Shown here: in pieces, positions 63,100 to 64,000 of the stretch
Layout of the letters: every line of letters begins with the position of its first letter
How positions within the stretch are numbered: position 1 is the first letter of the stretch
From: Ignavibacteriota bacterium
GTDB lineage: Bacteria > Bacteroidota > Ignavibacteria > UBA10030
Reading direction: 5' to 3'
DNA length: 64,000 nt
Assembly: GCA_963727825.1 (NCBI GenBank)
Contig: CAVSHO010000001.1
Span: forward strand, 256,001-320,000
Notes under the pieces: model-generated
The model's input: only the letters and a program-made list of their open reading frames with translations
Database searches by the model: none
What the model was told of the DNA's origin: nothing
Made by a program: the position numbers and the translations under genes

Positions 63100-63858
63100 T
63101 TATCCAAATCTTCCTGTAAGATAATCTTCTGTTCGTTTCTCTTTTGGTGAAGAATAAATATGTCTCGTTTCTCCATATTCTACAAGTTCTCCGAGATAGA
63201 GAAACGCGGTGTTGTCACTTGTGCGCGCAGCTTGCTGCATATTATGCGTAACAATGACAATAGTATAATTCTTTTTCAACTCCTGCATTAACTCTTCAAT
63301 TTTCAATGTCGCTATCGGATCGAGAGCTGAGCAAGGTTCATCCATTAATATAATCTGTGGTTTCATTGCAAGCACACGGGCGATACATAAGCGCTGCTGT
63401 TGTTCAAGCGAGAGTCTGAGTGCTGAATGATCAAGACGATCTTTCAGATCATTCCATAGCAAAACGTCTTTCAGGGATGCTTCGACGATAGAATTATGCT
63501 CTCTCTTTTCGTGTTTATCGTGAATCTCAAGGCCAAAAGCAATATTCTCGCGCACTGACAGGGGAAATGGATTCGGCCTCTGAAATACCATGCCAACCTT
63601 TTGTCGGAGTATAATAAGATCAGTCTCAGGCGAAAAAATATTATCGCCTAATACATTAACATCGCCGGTTATCCGAACTCCATCTATCAAATCGTTCATT
63701 CTATTGAAGACCCGCACAAGAGTCGATTTTCCACATCCTGATGGACCTATAAGCGCCGTAATCTTTTTTTCTTCGATGTTGAGATTAATATTGATCAGCG
63801 CCTGAAAGCTGCCATAAAACAAATCAAGATGTCGTGTTTCAATAACGATATTATTCAT
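63100..63858 (-). CDS. pstB: Phosphate ABC transporter ATPase (degenerate signature)
   Basis: [32 protein letters not shown] and [10 protein letters not shown]; signature reads LSLEQQQR. Confidence 0.93.
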   Translation of the reverse strand: MNNIVIETRHLDLFYGSFQALININLNIEEKKITALIGPSGCGKSTLVRVFNRMNDLIDGVRITGDVNVLGDNIFSPETDLIILRQKVGMVFQRPNPFPLSVRENIAFGLEIHDKHEKREHNSIVEASLKDVLLWNDLKDRLDHSALRLSLEQQQRLCIARVLAMKPQIILMDEPCSALDPIATLKIEELMQELKKNYTIVIVTHNMQQAARTSDNTAFLYLGELVEYGETRHIYSSPKEKRTEDYLTGRFG

Positions 63859-63860
63859 GA

Positions 63861-64000
63861 TTATCCGAATTTTCCAGTGATATAATCATCTGTACGCTTG
63901 TCCATCGCCGATGTAAAGAGCCGTTTTGTTTCATTAAGTTCGACCAATTCACCCATCAGGAGAAATGCAGTTCTGTCTCCTACACGCGCCGCCTGCGCAA
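63861..64000 (-). CDS. pstB: Second phosphate ABC ATPase, 3' end only
   Basis: [20 protein letters not shown]...[11 protein letters not shown]; runs off the window. Confidence 0.88.
   Translation of the reverse strand, partial: AQAARVGDRTAFLLMGELVELNETKRLFTSAMDKRTDDYITGKFG

Noticed and set aside
1-64000. CRISPR array, rRNA/tRNA, prophage, defence system; many short antisense ORFs in the track
   Set aside because: No regularly spaced repeats, structural RNA signatures or hallmark genes were seen. The short ORFs overlap well-supported genes and are shadows.

Overview
Bacterial chromosomal segment of roughly 40% GC. The T9SS C-terminal sorting domains, TTG-N17-TAnnTT promoters and gene content suggest the Ignavibacteria/Bacteroidota-Chlorobiota group (inference). 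Most of it is housekeeping and envelope genes: OPT-pepT, a TPP-riboswitch thiamine uptake locus (TonB receptor, thiN, SSS), rfaE1/rfaE2-tamB-rnr-Omp85, nusB, a receptor-type adenylate cyclase, glgP, ackA, a UvrD/PcrA helicase, comF, uvrB, a PIG-L/small protein/SSS operon and pstB-pstB-phoU. I found no CRISPR array, rRNA, tRNA, transposase or integrase. The most unusual features are: (1) a UvrD/PcrA helicase split at its domain boundary by a short frame-preserving spacer built from in-register 7-nt repeats; (2) three copies of a TIR-bounded MITE carrying nested REP-like palindromes; (3) single-base frameshifts in tamB and glgP; (4) a possible orphan integron cassette; (5) a kinase-less propeller sensor with a Cys/His C-terminal domain; (6) a PstB with a degenerate LSLEQ signature next to a second pstB. 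All calls are made by eye, with no database searches.
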